Origin: Candidatus Avispirillum sp.
GTDB taxonomy: Bacteria > Bacillota > Clostridia > Oscillospirales > CAG-272
DNA length: 64,000 nucleotides
NCBI GenBank assembly: GCA_045656825.1
Contig: JAZORY010000001.1
Location: forward strand, 2,819 to 66,818
Direction: 5' to 3'
The translations under genes and the position numbers were made by a program. Below, one piece after another: positions 18,774 to 28,765 of this stretch. The notes under the pieces are model-generated. The model was not told the DNA's origin. It saw only the letters and a program-made list of their open reading frames with translations, and did not search any database. The first letter of the stretch is position 1. Each line of letters begins with the position of its first letter.

Positions 18774-21197
18774 ATGAATTATTCCCCTAACACTGCCGAA
18801 GTAAAGGCAAGTATTGAATCCAAGCTGTCCAGATATTTTGGATGCACACCTGAAGAAGCATCCAAGGAACAGGTTTACAAGGCAGCAGCACTCACCGTTC
18901 GCGACATTCTCTCCGCTAAGCGTCAGGAATTCAAGAAAAAGGTAAATGAAGAAGGCGCAAAGCGTGTATATTATATGTGCATGGAATATCTTGTAGGCCG
19001 TAGCCTCAAGACAAACCTTTGCAACCTTGGTCTCGACGCAACTTATAAGAAGGCTCTCTCTTCTATGGGCCACAAGCTTGACGATCTTTATGATTGTGAG
19101 CCTGATGCAGGTCTCGGTAACGGTGGTCTCGGCCGTCTTGCCGCTTGCTTTATCGACTCTCTCTCTTCTCTTGACTACCCCGCAACAGGCTTCTCTCTTT
19201 GCTATGAATACGGTCTCTTTAAGCAGAGAATCGTAGACGGCCACCAGGTTGAGCTTCCTGATAACTGGCTCCCCGGCGGCGGCATCTGGCTCACACCCCG
19301 TGAGGACAGAGTTTACAAGGTTCGCTTCGGCGGCCAGGTAAGAGAAATCTGGGACGAGGGCAGACATTCTATCGCATACGAAAACTGCGAAACAATTGAA
19401 GCAGTTCCTTATGATATGATGATGAGCGGCGCAGATTCCGACGCTGTTTCTCAGCTCCGCCTCTGGAAGGCAAGAGCTGCAGCTCCCGAGCGCCTTGCTA
19501 TCGGCGACTACACAGGCGGCTACAACGATAACGTTGCTCAGAAGTCTCTTGCAGCAGATATCATCTGTAAGCTTCTTTACCCCGCTGACAATAACTACGA
19601 CGGTAAGGTTCTCCGTCTCACACAGCAGTACTTTATGGTAAGTGCATCCTGCCAGAGCATTATCCGCGACCATATGGCAGTTTACGGCAACATCGAAACA
19701 CTTCCCGATAAGGTTGCTATCCATATCAACGACACACACCCCGCAATGTGCGTTCCCGAGCTTATGCGTATCCTTATGGATGACTTCTGCATGGATTGGG
19801 ACAAGGCATGGGATATCGTTTGCCGCACATGCTCTTATACAAACCACACAGTTCTTCCTGAAGCTCTTGAAAAGTGGAGCGAAGACATTTTCCGACTCCG
19901 CCTGCCCAGACTTTACATGATCATCAAGGAGATCAACGAGCGCTTCTGCCACGAGATCTGGGAAAAGTTCCCCGGAAACTGGGACAGAATTGCTGAAATG
20001 GCAGTTGTTGCAAACGGCCAGGTTCATATGGCTAACCTTGCAATCATCGGTTCTCATCACGTTAACGGCGTTTCTGAGATCCACTCCGGTATCCTTCGCG
20101 ATATCACATTCAAGAATTTCTATCGCCTCTGGCCCGAGAAGTTTGATAACGTAACAAACGGTATCGCTCACCGCAGATGGCTCTGCTATTCCAACCCTGA
20201 GCTTTCCAAGCTCATTACAGACTGTGTTGGTGATGGCTTTAAGAAGGATCCCACAGAGCTTGCAGGTCTCCGCAAGTTTGCAGACGACGATGCAGTTCTT
20301 GAAAAGCTTGGTAAGATCAAGGCTCAGAACAAGGTTAAGTTCGCTAAGCTTATGAAGGAGAAGACAGGCATCGTTCTTAACACAGATTCTCTCTTCGACG
20401 TTCAGATCAAGCGTCTTCACGAGTATAAGCGTCAGCTTATGAATGCAATGAACATCATTCATTTGTATCAGATGCTTAAGGAAAACCCCGATCTCGATAT
20501 CCAGCCCAGAACATTCATTTTCGGTGCTAAGGCGGCTCCCGGATATCATATGGCAAAGGAAATCATCAAGCTTATTTGGTGCCTCAGCCAGGAGATTGCA
20601 AAAGATAAGAAAATCAGCGAAAAACTTCGCGTTGTATTTATCGAGAACTACTGCGTAACAATGGCAGAGGCTCTCGTTCCCGCAGCTGAGCTTTCCGAGC
20701 AGATTTCTCTCGCAGGTAAGGAAGCAAGCGGTACAGGCTGTATGAAGCTTATGATCAACGGTGCCCTCACAATCGGCACACTTGACGGTGCTAATATCGA
20801 AATGATGGAGCAGGCCGGAGAAGCTAATATGTTCACATTCGGTCTCACAGCTGAAGAGGCTCAGTATATTCATGCAATGGATTACAAGAGCTCTAAGTAC
20901 TATCACGAGAACCAGGTGCTTCAGCAGGTTGTAAACAGCCTCAGCGCAGGATATAACGGCGAGTCCTTCTCTCACATCGCTGAATATCTCCTCCATTCCG
21001 ATCCCTTCATGTGCATGGCAGACTTTGAGTCTTACAGAAAGACTCAGCAGAAGGTTTCCCAGGTATATGCTGACCAGAAGGAATGGAACAAGAGATCTCT
21101 CTACAATATCGCAGGTGCAGGTAAGTTTGCTGCTGACAGAAGTATCAAGGAGTATGCAGACCGCATCTGGAACATCGAGAGACTTATCAAGGGTTAA
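18774..21197 (+). CDS. glgP: Glycogen/maltodextrin phosphorylase
   Basis: 807-aa ORF. PLP-lysine motif EASGTGCMKLMINGA. Confidence 0.95.
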   Translation: MNYSPNTAEVKASIESKLSRYFGCTPEEASKEQVYKAAALTVRDILSAKRQEFKKKVNEEGAKRVYYMCMEYLVGRSLKTNLCNLGLDATYKKALSSMGHKLDDLYDCEPDAGLGNGGLGRLAACFIDSLSSLDYPATGFSLCYEYGLFKQRIVDGHQVELPDNWLPGGGIWLTPREDRVYKVRFGGQVREIWDEGRHSIAYENCETIEAVPYDMMMSGADSDAVSQLRLWKARAAAPERLAIGDYTGGYNDNVAQKSLAADIICKLLYPADNNYDGKVLRLTQQYFMVSASCQSIIRDHMAVYGNIETLPDKVAIHINDTHPAMCVPELMRILMDDFCMDWDKAWDIVCRTCSYTNHTVLPEALEKWSEDIFRLRLPRLYMIIKEINERFCHEIWEKFPGNWDRIAEMAVVANGQVHMANLAIIGSHHVNGVSEIHSGILRDITFKNFYRLWPEKFDNVTNGIAHRRWLCYSNPELSKLITDCVGDGFKKDPTELAGLRKFADDDAVLEKLGKIKAQNKVKFAKLMKEKTGIVLNTDSLFDVQIKRLHEYKRQLMNAMNIIHLYQMLKENPDLDIQPRTFIFGAKAAPGYHMAKEIIKLIWCLSQEIAKDKKISEKLRVVFIENYCVTMAEALVPAAELSEQISLAGKEASGTGCMKLMINGALTIGTLDGANIEMMEQAGEANMFTFGLTAEEAQYIHAMDYKSSKYYHENQVLQQVVNSLSAGYNGESFSHIAEYLLHSDPFMCMADFESYRKTQQKVSQVYADQKEWNKRSLYNIAGAGKFAADRSIKEYADRIWNIERLIKG

Positions 21198-21231
21198 TTT
21201 ATATTAAAAATATAATTAATTCTGCAATAAC

Positions 21232-21275
21232 GACAGGTCAGGCGGCATTAAATAGCTGCCCGACCTGCCTTTTTG
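21232..21275 (+). terminator. Intrinsic terminator after glgP
   Basis: Imperfect 15-bp GC-rich stem (GACAGGTCAGGCGGC / GCTGCCCGACCTGCC) followed by TTTTT. Confidence 0.65.
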
Positions 21276-21302
21276 GTATAAATAAGTAAGGATCAAATAG
21301 TT

Positions 21303-23168
21303 ATGCTTATAAAAATGGCCGATAAACTTGCGGCAGAAAAGACAGTTTCAATTGAAAAGCACAGCGAAGACAGGGACGTAACCCTGTTTGGCGCCTTTTC
21401 AGAAGCTGAAAAGATCAAATGGACAGTCAGATGCGACAGAGCCTTCGGGGTAACTGCAGTAACTATGCGAGTTCATCGCGACGGTCATCCTGATATGGAT
21501 CTTGACTTGACGTGGACAGATAACGGAGTGTATGAAATAGAGCTTGATATGGCGCGTTTTGGCGTTGGACTGTATTATTACACCTTCCTTCTCCATCGCG
21601 GATATGACGTTCTCTATACTTGCGCGTATGACAACGTTCACTTTGATCTTGATAAGCGCCCCGGAAAATTCTTTATGCTTACAGTGTATGATAAGGATTT
21701 TGACACACCCAAGTGGTTCCGTGGCGGCACAATGTATCAGATATTCCCCGATAGATTCTATAAGAGCGGCAAGGCGAAGCAGGACAGAGCGGACGCGGTT
21801 TATGAAAGCGATTGGTCTGCTCCCATTTCCCAGTATAGCCTTTATCCCGGTGCGCATCTTGAGAATAACCTTTTCTATGGCGGCGACCTTTGGGGCGTTG
21901 CAGAGAAATTGCCTTATCTCAGCGAAATGGGCGTAACGGTCATCTATCTGAACCCTATATTCAAGGCATATTCAAACCATAGATACGATACAGGCGACTA
22001 TAATCAGGTTGACGAGGCCCTTGGCGGCGACGAGGCGCTTGATAATCTTATTTCCGAAGCTGAAAAGCTTGGAATCAAGGTTATTCTCGACGGCGTTTTC
22101 AACCATACGGGCGATGACAGTATCTATTTCAACCGCCGTGGTAAATACGATAGCCTTGGCGCATGGCAGAGCAAGAAATCACCTTACCGTGATTGGTATT
22201 GCTTTAAGCCTGACGGAAAATATGATAGCTGGTGGGGAATTGAAATATTGCCCCGTCTGAACCATAATAATAAGGAATGTAGAAGCTATTTCACAGCTGA
22301 CGACGGTATATGCGCGAAATATGTTCATAAGAATATCGGCGGATGGCGACTTGACGTTGCCGATGAGCTTTGCGATATTTTCCTCGATGAGCTTCGAGTG
22401 GCAGTTAAAAAGGCCGATCCCGAAGCAATTATTATCGGCGAGGTTTGGGAAAACGCAGCAGATAAGGTTGCATACGGAAGCAGACGAAAATATCTTCAGG
22501 GCGGTCAGCTTGACAGCGTTATGAACTATCCCTTCAGAACCTCTGTTATGAATTACGTCCTCAGCGGAAACGCGGCAGATCTTGCTAACACCCTCACAAG
22601 TCTGTATGCTTCTTATCCGAAATGTGTCAGCGACAGCCTTATGAATATCGTAGGCACACACGATACGGACAGAATTCTCACAGAGCTTGGCGATTCTTCT
22701 CATAAATCCCTCGGGCTTTCCAATAAGGAGCTTTCCGTTCGTAAAATGAGCCCCGAGAATAAAGCGAAGGCGATCAAGCTTCTTAAGATCGCTTCCCTTA
22801 TTCAGTATACTGTGTACGGAGTTCCCTCTGTTTATTACGGAGACGAGGCAGGCGTTGAGGGATATCACGATCCCTTCTGCCGAGCAACGTTCCCTTGGGG
22901 TGATGAGGATGCAGAGCTTAAAGAGCATTATAAAAAGCTTGGACAGCTGCGCCGTAGCGAAAGCGTTCTCAGCGAAGGACTTTTCCGCGTGATAAAGCAT
23001 AGTAAGGGCTTTATTATGTTTGAACGCGGCGAGGGCGAAAATAAGCTTATTATCGCAGCAAACGTTAATAAAACTAACGTGAATTGCGAGGTAACCGGCG
23101 TAAATGCTCTCACGGGCGAAGTCTTTAACGGAATTCTCGCTCCCGAAACAGCAATAGTGATAAAATGA
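21303..23168 (+). CDS. GH13 alpha-glycosidase (neopullulanase/cyclomaltodextrinase-like)
   Basis: GH13 conserved regions GGWRLDVADE, EVWEN and GTHDTDR. N-terminal extra domain. Confidence 0.85.
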   Translation: MLIKMADKLAAEKTVSIEKHSEDRDVTLFGAFSEAEKIKWTVRCDRAFGVTAVTMRVHRDGHPDMDLDLTWTDNGVYEIELDMARFGVGLYYYTFLLHRGYDVLYTCAYDNVHFDLDKRPGKFFMLTVYDKDFDTPKWFRGGTMYQIFPDRFYKSGKAKQDRADAVYESDWSAPISQYSLYPGAHLENNLFYGGDLWGVAEKLPYLSEMGVTVIYLNPIFKAYSNHRYDTGDYNQVDEALGGDEALDNLISEAEKLGIKVILDGVFNHTGDDSIYFNRRGKYDSLGAWQSKKSPYRDWYCFKPDGKYDSWWGIEILPRLNHNNKECRSYFTADDGICAKYVHKNIGGWRLDVADELCDIFLDELRVAVKKADPEAIIIGEVWENAADKVAYGSRRKYLQGGQLDSVMNYPFRTSVMNYVLSGNAADLANTLTSLYASYPKCVSDSLMNIVGTHDTDRILTELGDSSHKSLGLSNKELSVRKMSPENKAKAIKLLKIASLIQYTVYGVPSVYYGDEAGVEGYHDPFCRATFPWGDEDAELKEHYKKLGQLRRSESVLSEGLFRVIKHSKGFIMFERGEGENKLIIAANVNKTNVNCEVTGVNALTGEVFNGILAPETAIVIK

Positions 23169-23193
23169 AAAGAGGTCGAAAGACCTCTTTTTT
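23168..23193 (+). terminator. Intrinsic terminator after the GH13 gene
   Basis: AAAGAGGTC-GAAA-GACCTCTTTTTT. Confidence 0.85.
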
Positions 23194-23308
23194 GCTTTGC
23201 ATAGCGCTAAGAACTTATCTCTATAAATATGTAGCGAATGATATTGTCTGCCGCTTGCATAAAAACGGTTTCTTTTTGTTTGGGGAGCAATTTATAGACC
23301 GAATTATG

Positions 23309-23337
23309 TTGACAATAGGCGGCAAAAAATATATAAT
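23309..23337 (+). promoter_or_regulatory. Consensus sigma-A promoter upstream of parA
   Basis: TTGACA (23309-23314), a 17-nt spacer, then TATAAT (23332-23337). Confidence 0.7.
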
Positions 23338-23369
23338 CATTATGAGAAATTGTTTATGGAGGTATTCAG

Positions 23370-24140
23370 TTGTCGAAACCTATTATTATATCATTTGCAA
23401 ACCAGAAGGGCGGAGTTGGAAAGACAACCTCAGCCGTTAACGTAGCTGCTTGCGTGGCAGCTCTTGGATATAGAGTCCTTCTGTGTGATCTGGACCCTCA
23501 GGGTAACAGCACAAGCGGAGTTGGCGTAAATAAAAAGGGACTGCGCTATTCCATGTATGGAGCGCTTCTCGGATATTATGATCCCAAGCTTTCCGTTATA
23601 AAAACTGAATATTCCAATTTATCTATAATCCCTGCAACCATCGAGCTGGCAGGCGCGGAAATAGAGCTTCTTGAAATGGAGCATAGAGAGAGCGCTCTGA
23701 AGAGAGTGCTTGAGCCCCTCTATGATGATTTTGATTTTATCTTCACAGACTGTCCTCCTTCTCTCGGTATGCTCACGGTTAATGCTCTTTCCTGCTCTGA
23801 CGGAGTAATAATCCCTATGCAGTGTGAGTATTATTCTCTGGAAGGTCTGTCTCAGCTGATGTTCTCCATCAAAAAGGTTAAGCAGCTTTATAATAAGAGC
23901 CTCAGCGTAACCGGTATTCTTGTTACTATGTATAACGGCAGACTCAATCTTTCTGCGCAGGTTATGGAGGAATTGAAAAAATATTACAGCGACAAGCTTT
24001 TCAAGACTTCTATCACAAGAAGTGTTAAGCTGTCTGAGGCACCCAGCTTCGGCGAACCTATTTATTATCACGATAAATATTCAAAGGGCTCTCTTGCATA
24101 TATGAACGTTGCAAAAGAGCTTGTTGAAAGAGTAATGTAA
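23370..24140 (+). CDS. parA: Chromosome partitioning ATPase ParA/Soj
   Basis: Deviant Walker A KGGVGKTT. TTG start with GGAGG 7 nt upstream. Confidence 0.9.
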   Translation: MSKPIIISFANQKGGVGKTTSAVNVAACVAALGYRVLLCDLDPQGNSTSGVGVNKKGLRYSMYGALLGYYDPKLSVIKTEYSNLSIIPATIELAGAEIELLEMEHRESALKRVLEPLYDDFDFIFTDCPPSLGMLTVNALSCSDGVIIPMQCEYYSLEGLSQLMFSIKKVKQLYNKSLSVTGILVTMYNGRLNLSAQVMEELKKYYSDKLFKTSITRSVKLSEAPSFGEPIYYHDKYSKGSLAYMNVAKELVERVM

Positions 24141-24152
24141 GGGGGAAGCGTT

Positions 24153-25025
24153 ATGGCAAAGAAAACAGGTCTCGGACGCGGTCTTGATTTTATATTTGAC
24201 GATAATTCAATCGAGAGCGACGGAAGCGGAGTAACCACTCTTCGTATTTCAGACGTTGAACCCAAAGGTGATCAGCCCAGAAAGAATTTTGATAACGAAG
24301 CCCTTTCTCAGCTTGCCGATTCTATTGCGGCAAACGGAGTGCTTCAGCCCATTCTCGTTCGCGAGGTTGGCCGCGGATTTTATCAGATAATCGCAGGTGA
24401 GCGCAGATGGAGAGCATCCAAGCTTGCAGGACTTACTGAAATTCCCGCTATCGTTATGGAAGCTGATGATCTGAAAACAGCTCAGATTGCACTTATTGAA
24501 AATATTCAGAGAGAAAACCTCAATGCTTATGAAGAGGCAAAGGCATACAGAGCGCTTATAGATCAGTTTGAACTCACACAGGAGGACGTTGCAGGTCGTC
24601 TTGGTAAGTCTCGCAGCTCTATTGCAAACTCTCTTCGTTTGCTTGATCTCCCCGAGGAGATCTCCGATCTTCTTCAGAGCGATAAGCTCAGCGCAGGTCA
24701 TTGTAAGGCTCTTCTCGGTCTTCGCGACAGATCAAAGCTCAGAGCTCTTGCAGAAAAGATAATCAATAATAATCTTTCCGTTCGCGAGGCAGAGGCTCTT
24801 GTTCGTAAAGCTAATAAGCCTGAAAAATCAGACGAAGAGGAGATTGTTCCCCTTAAGGTTGATTACGTTGCCGAGCTTGAAAAGAAGGTAACGGGACTTA
24901 CGGGAAGATATTGTAAGATACAGACAAAGGGTCAGAGAAAGACCATCTCCATCGAATATGGCGGAGAAGGCGACCTTGAAAAGCTTCTTTCTATCCTCTG
25001 CGGTAAGGATATTACTGCTGAGTGA
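24153..25025 (+). CDS. parB: Chromosome partitioning protein ParB/Spo0J
   Basis: ParB box IIAGERRWRA. HTH region and C-terminal dimerisation region. Confidence 0.9.
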   Translation: MAKKTGLGRGLDFIFDDNSIESDGSGVTTLRISDVEPKGDQPRKNFDNEALSQLADSIAANGVLQPILVREVGRGFYQIIAGERRWRASKLAGLTEIPAIVMEADDLKTAQIALIENIQRENLNAYEEAKAYRALIDQFELTQEDVAGRLGKSRSSIANSLRLLDLPEEISDLLQSDKLSAGHCKALLGLRDRSKLRALAEKIINNNLSVREAEALVRKANKPEKSDEEEIVPLKVDYVAELEKKVTGLTGRYCKIQTKGQRKTISIEYGGEGDLEKLLSILCGKDITAE

Positions 25026-25130
25026 GCTTTTGACGGGGACGCTGTCCCCATCACCCACGTAAGCTTTTTTGGAAAAGCTTGACAAAAATATACATTAGTT
25101 AGTTCAGTACAAATTTAGGAGTAAACCAAA

Positions 25131-26420
25131 ATGTTAGATATTAAGCTTATAAGAGAAAATACAGAAGACGTTATTGCCCGCCTCGCAGCTAAGGGCAAGG
25201 AAGCAAGAGCAGAGGTTGAGCGCATTGTTGAGCTTGACGCTCAGCGCCGTGCCATGATTTCCGAAAATGAGGCTAAAAAGGCTGAGCAGAACAAGGTTAA
25301 TAAGGACATTCCCCGTCTTAAGAAGGAGGGCGCAGACGTTGCTCCCGTATTCGCTAAGATGAAGGAGCTTGCAGCAGACATCAAGGCTAACGATGCTAAG
25401 ATTGCCGAGATCGAAACAGAATATAACGAGCTTATGCTTGGTCTTCCCAACCTTCCCGATACAGACCTTAAGCCCGGCGGTAAGGAAAACAACGAGCCTA
25501 TCCGTTATTTCGGCGATCCCCATACTTTTGATTTCGAGCCCAAGAACCACGTTGATATTTGTACAGATCTGGGTCTTATCGACTATAAGAGAGGCACAAA
25601 GCTCTCCGGAAACGGCTTCTGGATCTATCGCGGAATGGGCGCACGTCTTGAATGGGCACTTCTTAATTACTTTATTGATACTCACCTTGCTGATGGCTAC
25701 GAGCTTGTACTCGTTCCTCATATGCTTGGTTACGAGTGCGGACAGACAGCAGGTCAGTTCCCTAAGTTCAAGGACGAGGTTTATTGGCTTGAAAGAGAAA
25801 AGGAAGACGAGCGTCGTCTCTTTATGCTTCCCACAGCTGAAACAGCTCTCGTTTCTCTCCACCGTGATGAAATTCTTACAGAGGCAGACCTGCCCCGTAA
25901 GTATATTTCTTACACACCTTGCTTCCGTCGCGAAGCAGGCTCCTATCGTGCAGACGAAAGAGGTATGGTAAGAGGACATCAGTTCAATAAGGTTGAAATG
26001 GTTCAGTATACAAAGCCTGAGGATTCCGATGCAGCATTTGAAGAGCTTGTAGGCAAGGCAGAGGCGCTTGTTAAGGGCCTTGGCTTCCATTTCAGAACTG
26101 TTAAGCTTGCAGCAGCAGATTGCTCTGCATCTATGGCAAGAACCTATGACGTTGAGATCCATATTCCTTCAATGGACGGCTATAAGGAAGTTTCTTCCGT
26201 TTCCAATGCTCGTGATTATCAGGCTCGTCGCGGCTCCATCCGCTTCAAGAGAGATGGCTCCAATAAGACAGAGTTCGTGCACACTCTCAACGGCTCCGGT
26301 CTTGCAACAAGCCGTATTCTTCCTGCAATCGTTGAGCAGAATCAGAACGCTGACGGTAGCGTAAACGTTCCCGACGTTCTTCGTAAGTATCTTGGAGTAG
26401 ACGTTCTTCGTCGCGATTGA
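25131..26420 (+). CDS. serS: Seryl-tRNA synthetase
   Basis: 429-aa ORF. N-terminal coiled-coil arm and class II core motifs. Confidence 0.97.
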   Translation: MLDIKLIRENTEDVIARLAAKGKEARAEVERIVELDAQRRAMISENEAKKAEQNKVNKDIPRLKKEGADVAPVFAKMKELAADIKANDAKIAEIETEYNELMLGLPNLPDTDLKPGGKENNEPIRYFGDPHTFDFEPKNHVDICTDLGLIDYKRGTKLSGNGFWIYRGMGARLEWALLNYFIDTHLADGYELVLVPHMLGYECGQTAGQFPKFKDEVYWLEREKEDERRLFMLPTAETALVSLHRDEILTEADLPRKYISYTPCFRREAGSYRADERGMVRGHQFNKVEMVQYTKPEDSDAAFEELVGKAEALVKGLGFHFRTVKLAAADCSASMARTYDVEIHIPSMDGYKEVSSVSNARDYQARRGSIRFKRDGSNKTEFVHTLNGSGLATSRILPAIVEQNQNADGSVNVPDVLRKYLGVDVLRRD

Positions 26421-27010
26421 TCAGCAATATGTCAGTAAATCTTGCGGTTTTTTATAAAAATTTCAGCTTTGACAATCCTGTAACCACGCTGCCCATTATT
26501 ATCTGGGGCATATTTGCAGGATTCGTTATTGCGGGAATTCTTTCGTATTATAATAAAAGCTATCTTGGCGAAGTTGTTCGCTCCCTTGTGAAAAAGGGAG
26601 CAAACTCGCCTGAGAATGCAGCTTCCTTTGAGGAGGCAGGCATTCGTTTTATCTTTTTGCGCGGTCGTGCCGTATTCTTTGACGGGGCACTTACGAAGTA
26701 CGTAAAGGTGGTAAATCCCGAGGAATGTGAGCTTGCGCAGAAGGCGGAAAACAGCTTTGTTCGAGGCGTTCGTCGCGTTTTCGGCATTGAAAGAAAGAAA
26801 AAGTACGACGCGAAAAAGGCAAAGCTTTATATTCTTGAGGAAAAGCGTATTCAGGCTGAGCTTCGATATACGGAGAAGGGAACCTCTCTTCGTGCTGTTA
26901 TCATTGGCATTGTTGCAGCCTTTATTGTGGCTGTGGTAGCAATTCAATGCATCCCTTATATTCTTGAGCTTATAGATTCTGTTATAACACTTTATAAAAA
27001 GCTCGGATAA
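26417..27010 (+). CDS. Hypothetical membrane protein
   Basis: 197-aa ORF with TM segments near both ends. The start is uncertain: TTG at 26417 or ATG at 26429. No family was recognised. Confidence 0.45.
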   Translation: MISNMSVNLAVFYKNFSFDNPVTTLPIIIWGIFAGFVIAGILSYYNKSYLGEVVRSLVKKGANSPENAASFEEAGIRFIFLRGRAVFFDGALTKYVKVVNPEECELAQKAENSFVRGVRRVFGIERKKKYDAKKAKLYILEEKRIQAELRYTEKGTSLRAVIIGIVAAFIVAVVAIQCIPYILELIDSVITLYKKLG

Positions 27011-27017
27011 ATAATGC

Positions 27018-27962
27018 TTGCAGGATCATAATGAAAGGAACGCGAAAAAAGTGAGCGAAAAGAAAACACCTAAAAAAAGAAAATTGAAAAGCGGCTTCAG
27101 CGCAAAAACAAATCTGATCGTGATGCTGGTGTGTCTTGCGGTGGCTGTTGCACTTGTAATGGGCGTTCTGTATCTTGCAGGCTTCAGATATACCCGATAC
27201 AATTTTAAGGATGGCTATTCAGTAACTTTTGTAGGAACGGTTGATATACATGGTCAGCCTAAAAGCGGTAGAATGACGTTCAGTGGTAAGGGCAGCTCCA
27301 AGGCAGGACTTTCAGCCTACGTTAATACGGAAACAGGTATCGTTGAGTATTCCAACGGCGACGTTTACGAGGGTGAAATGCAGGATCTTGTTCGCCACGG
27401 TAAAGGAAAGCTTACCTTCTCTGACGGCAGAGTTTATGAGGGCCAGTTTGTTGCAGACGAAGCAACGGGCGAAGGAAAGCTTACTTATGCTAACGGAGAT
27501 ACGTACGAAGGAACCTTCAAAAAAGGGCTTAAGGACGGTCAGGGTAAATATACTTTAAGTGATGGCTCATATTACGAGGGGACTTACGTTGCCGACAGAA
27601 AAGAGGGACAGGGCAAGATGCAGTGGGCAGACGGCTCTTCCTATGAAGGAACGTACGTTGCTGATAAGAAGCACGGCGAGGGCGTTTATATCTACGCCAA
27701 CGGCGATAAGTACGAGGGTAGCTTTGAAAACGACGTAAGATGCGGTCAGGGCGTATACGTATGGGCAAACGGCGAAAAGTATACGGGCGAATTCAAAAAT
27801 AATACTATGTGGGGCGTTGGAACGTATCAGTGGCCCGACGGACGTATTTACAGAGACGGTTATTTTGAGGATGGCGTTATTGTTCGCACCGACGAGGATA
27901 TAGAGGCTCCCGAGGCGGATGCATCTGAACCCGAAGAGGAAACAACGCCTGCTGAAGAATAA
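27018..27962 (+). CDS. Membrane-anchored MORN-repeat protein
   Basis: Basic N-terminus, one TM segment, then about ten YxGxxxxxxxxGxG MORN-type repeats and an acidic tail. The start is uncertain: TTG at 27018 or GTG at 27051. Confidence 0.75.
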   Translation: MQDHNERNAKKVSEKKTPKKRKLKSGFSAKTNLIVMLVCLAVAVALVMGVLYLAGFRYTRYNFKDGYSVTFVGTVDIHGQPKSGRMTFSGKGSSKAGLSAYVNTETGIVEYSNGDVYEGEMQDLVRHGKGKLTFSDGRVYEGQFVADEATGEGKLTYANGDTYEGTFKKGLKDGQGKYTLSDGSYYEGTYVADRKEGQGKMQWADGSSYEGTYVADKKHGEGVYIYANGDKYEGSFENDVRCGQGVYVWANGEKYTGEFKNNTMWGVGTYQWPDGRIYRDGYFEDGVIVRTDEDIEAPEADASEPEEETTPAEE

Positions 27963-28029
27963 CCCTAAAATGACAACTCAATTATAAATCTAACCTTAAC
28001 CTTCTTTTTTCAGAAGGGAAGGAGGCAAA

Positions 28030-28755
28030 ATGAAATTTAAGATCGAATTGAACCGTGAAGCAGCTGAAAAGGCTCTCACAAAGGCGGCGGGGAAGCTGCC
28101 CGAGAGCGTTATCACCTTTGCGGACGATATAAAAAAGGATATCGATGCAATCTGCCAGAGAGACCCCGCTGTTAAGAGCCGCGCAGAAGCTGCGCTTCTC
28201 TATTCAGGTCTTCATGCAATTATGGCTTATAGAGTTTCCAATAAGTTCTATAAGAGAAAGATGTACACAACAGCGCGCTTCATTTCTCAGGCGGCAAGAT
28301 TTTTCACAGGCATTGAGATCCATCCCGGCGCAACTATCGGAGAAGGACTTTTTATTGACCACGGAAGCGGAGTAGTTATTGGAGAAACAACCATTATCGG
28401 TGATAACTGCACGCTTTATCAGGGCGTAACTCTCGGCGGTACGGGTAAAGATACGGGTAAGCGTCATCCCACCCTTGGCGATAACGTTATGGTTGGCGCA
28501 GGTGCAAAGGTTCTCGGAAACTTTAAGGTTGGCGATGGAGCAAAAATTGCAGCAGGTGCTGTGGTTCTCGGTCCCGTTCCTGAAAATGCAACGGCAGTAG
28601 GTATTCCTGCTCACGTTGTCAGAGTTGCAGGCAAGAAAACTGAGGTTGACTTGGACCAGGTTCATATTCCCGACCCCGTTTCTCAGGATATTTGCGCAAT
28701 TCAGCGTAAAATGCGCGAGCTCGAGTCTAAGATCAAAGAGCTTGAGAGCAAATAA
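28030..28755 (+). CDS. cysE: Serine O-acetyltransferase
   Basis: Hexapeptide-repeat beta-helix preceded by a SAT N-terminal helical region (DPA..S..E..LY.G..A). Confidence 0.9.
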   Translation: MKFKIELNREAAEKALTKAAGKLPESVITFADDIKKDIDAICQRDPAVKSRAEAALLYSGLHAIMAYRVSNKFYKRKMYTTARFISQAARFFTGIEIHPGATIGEGLFIDHGSGVVIGETTIIGDNCTLYQGVTLGGTGKDTGKRHPTLGDNVMVGAGAKVLGNFKVGDGAKIAAGAVVLGPVPENATAVGIPAHVVRVAGKKTEVDLDQVHIPDPVSQDICAIQRKMRELESKIKELESK

Positions 28756-28765
28756 GGAGATATAT

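Noticed and set aside
25026-25130. Expected T-box leaders upstream of serS (25026-25130), cysE (27963-28029), cysS and proBA (53605-53721).
   Set aside because: The leaders are too short or too A/T-rich. I found no specifier-loop, T-box or antiterminator pattern. The hairpins at 25035-25049 and 25061-25080 look like parB-end structures only.
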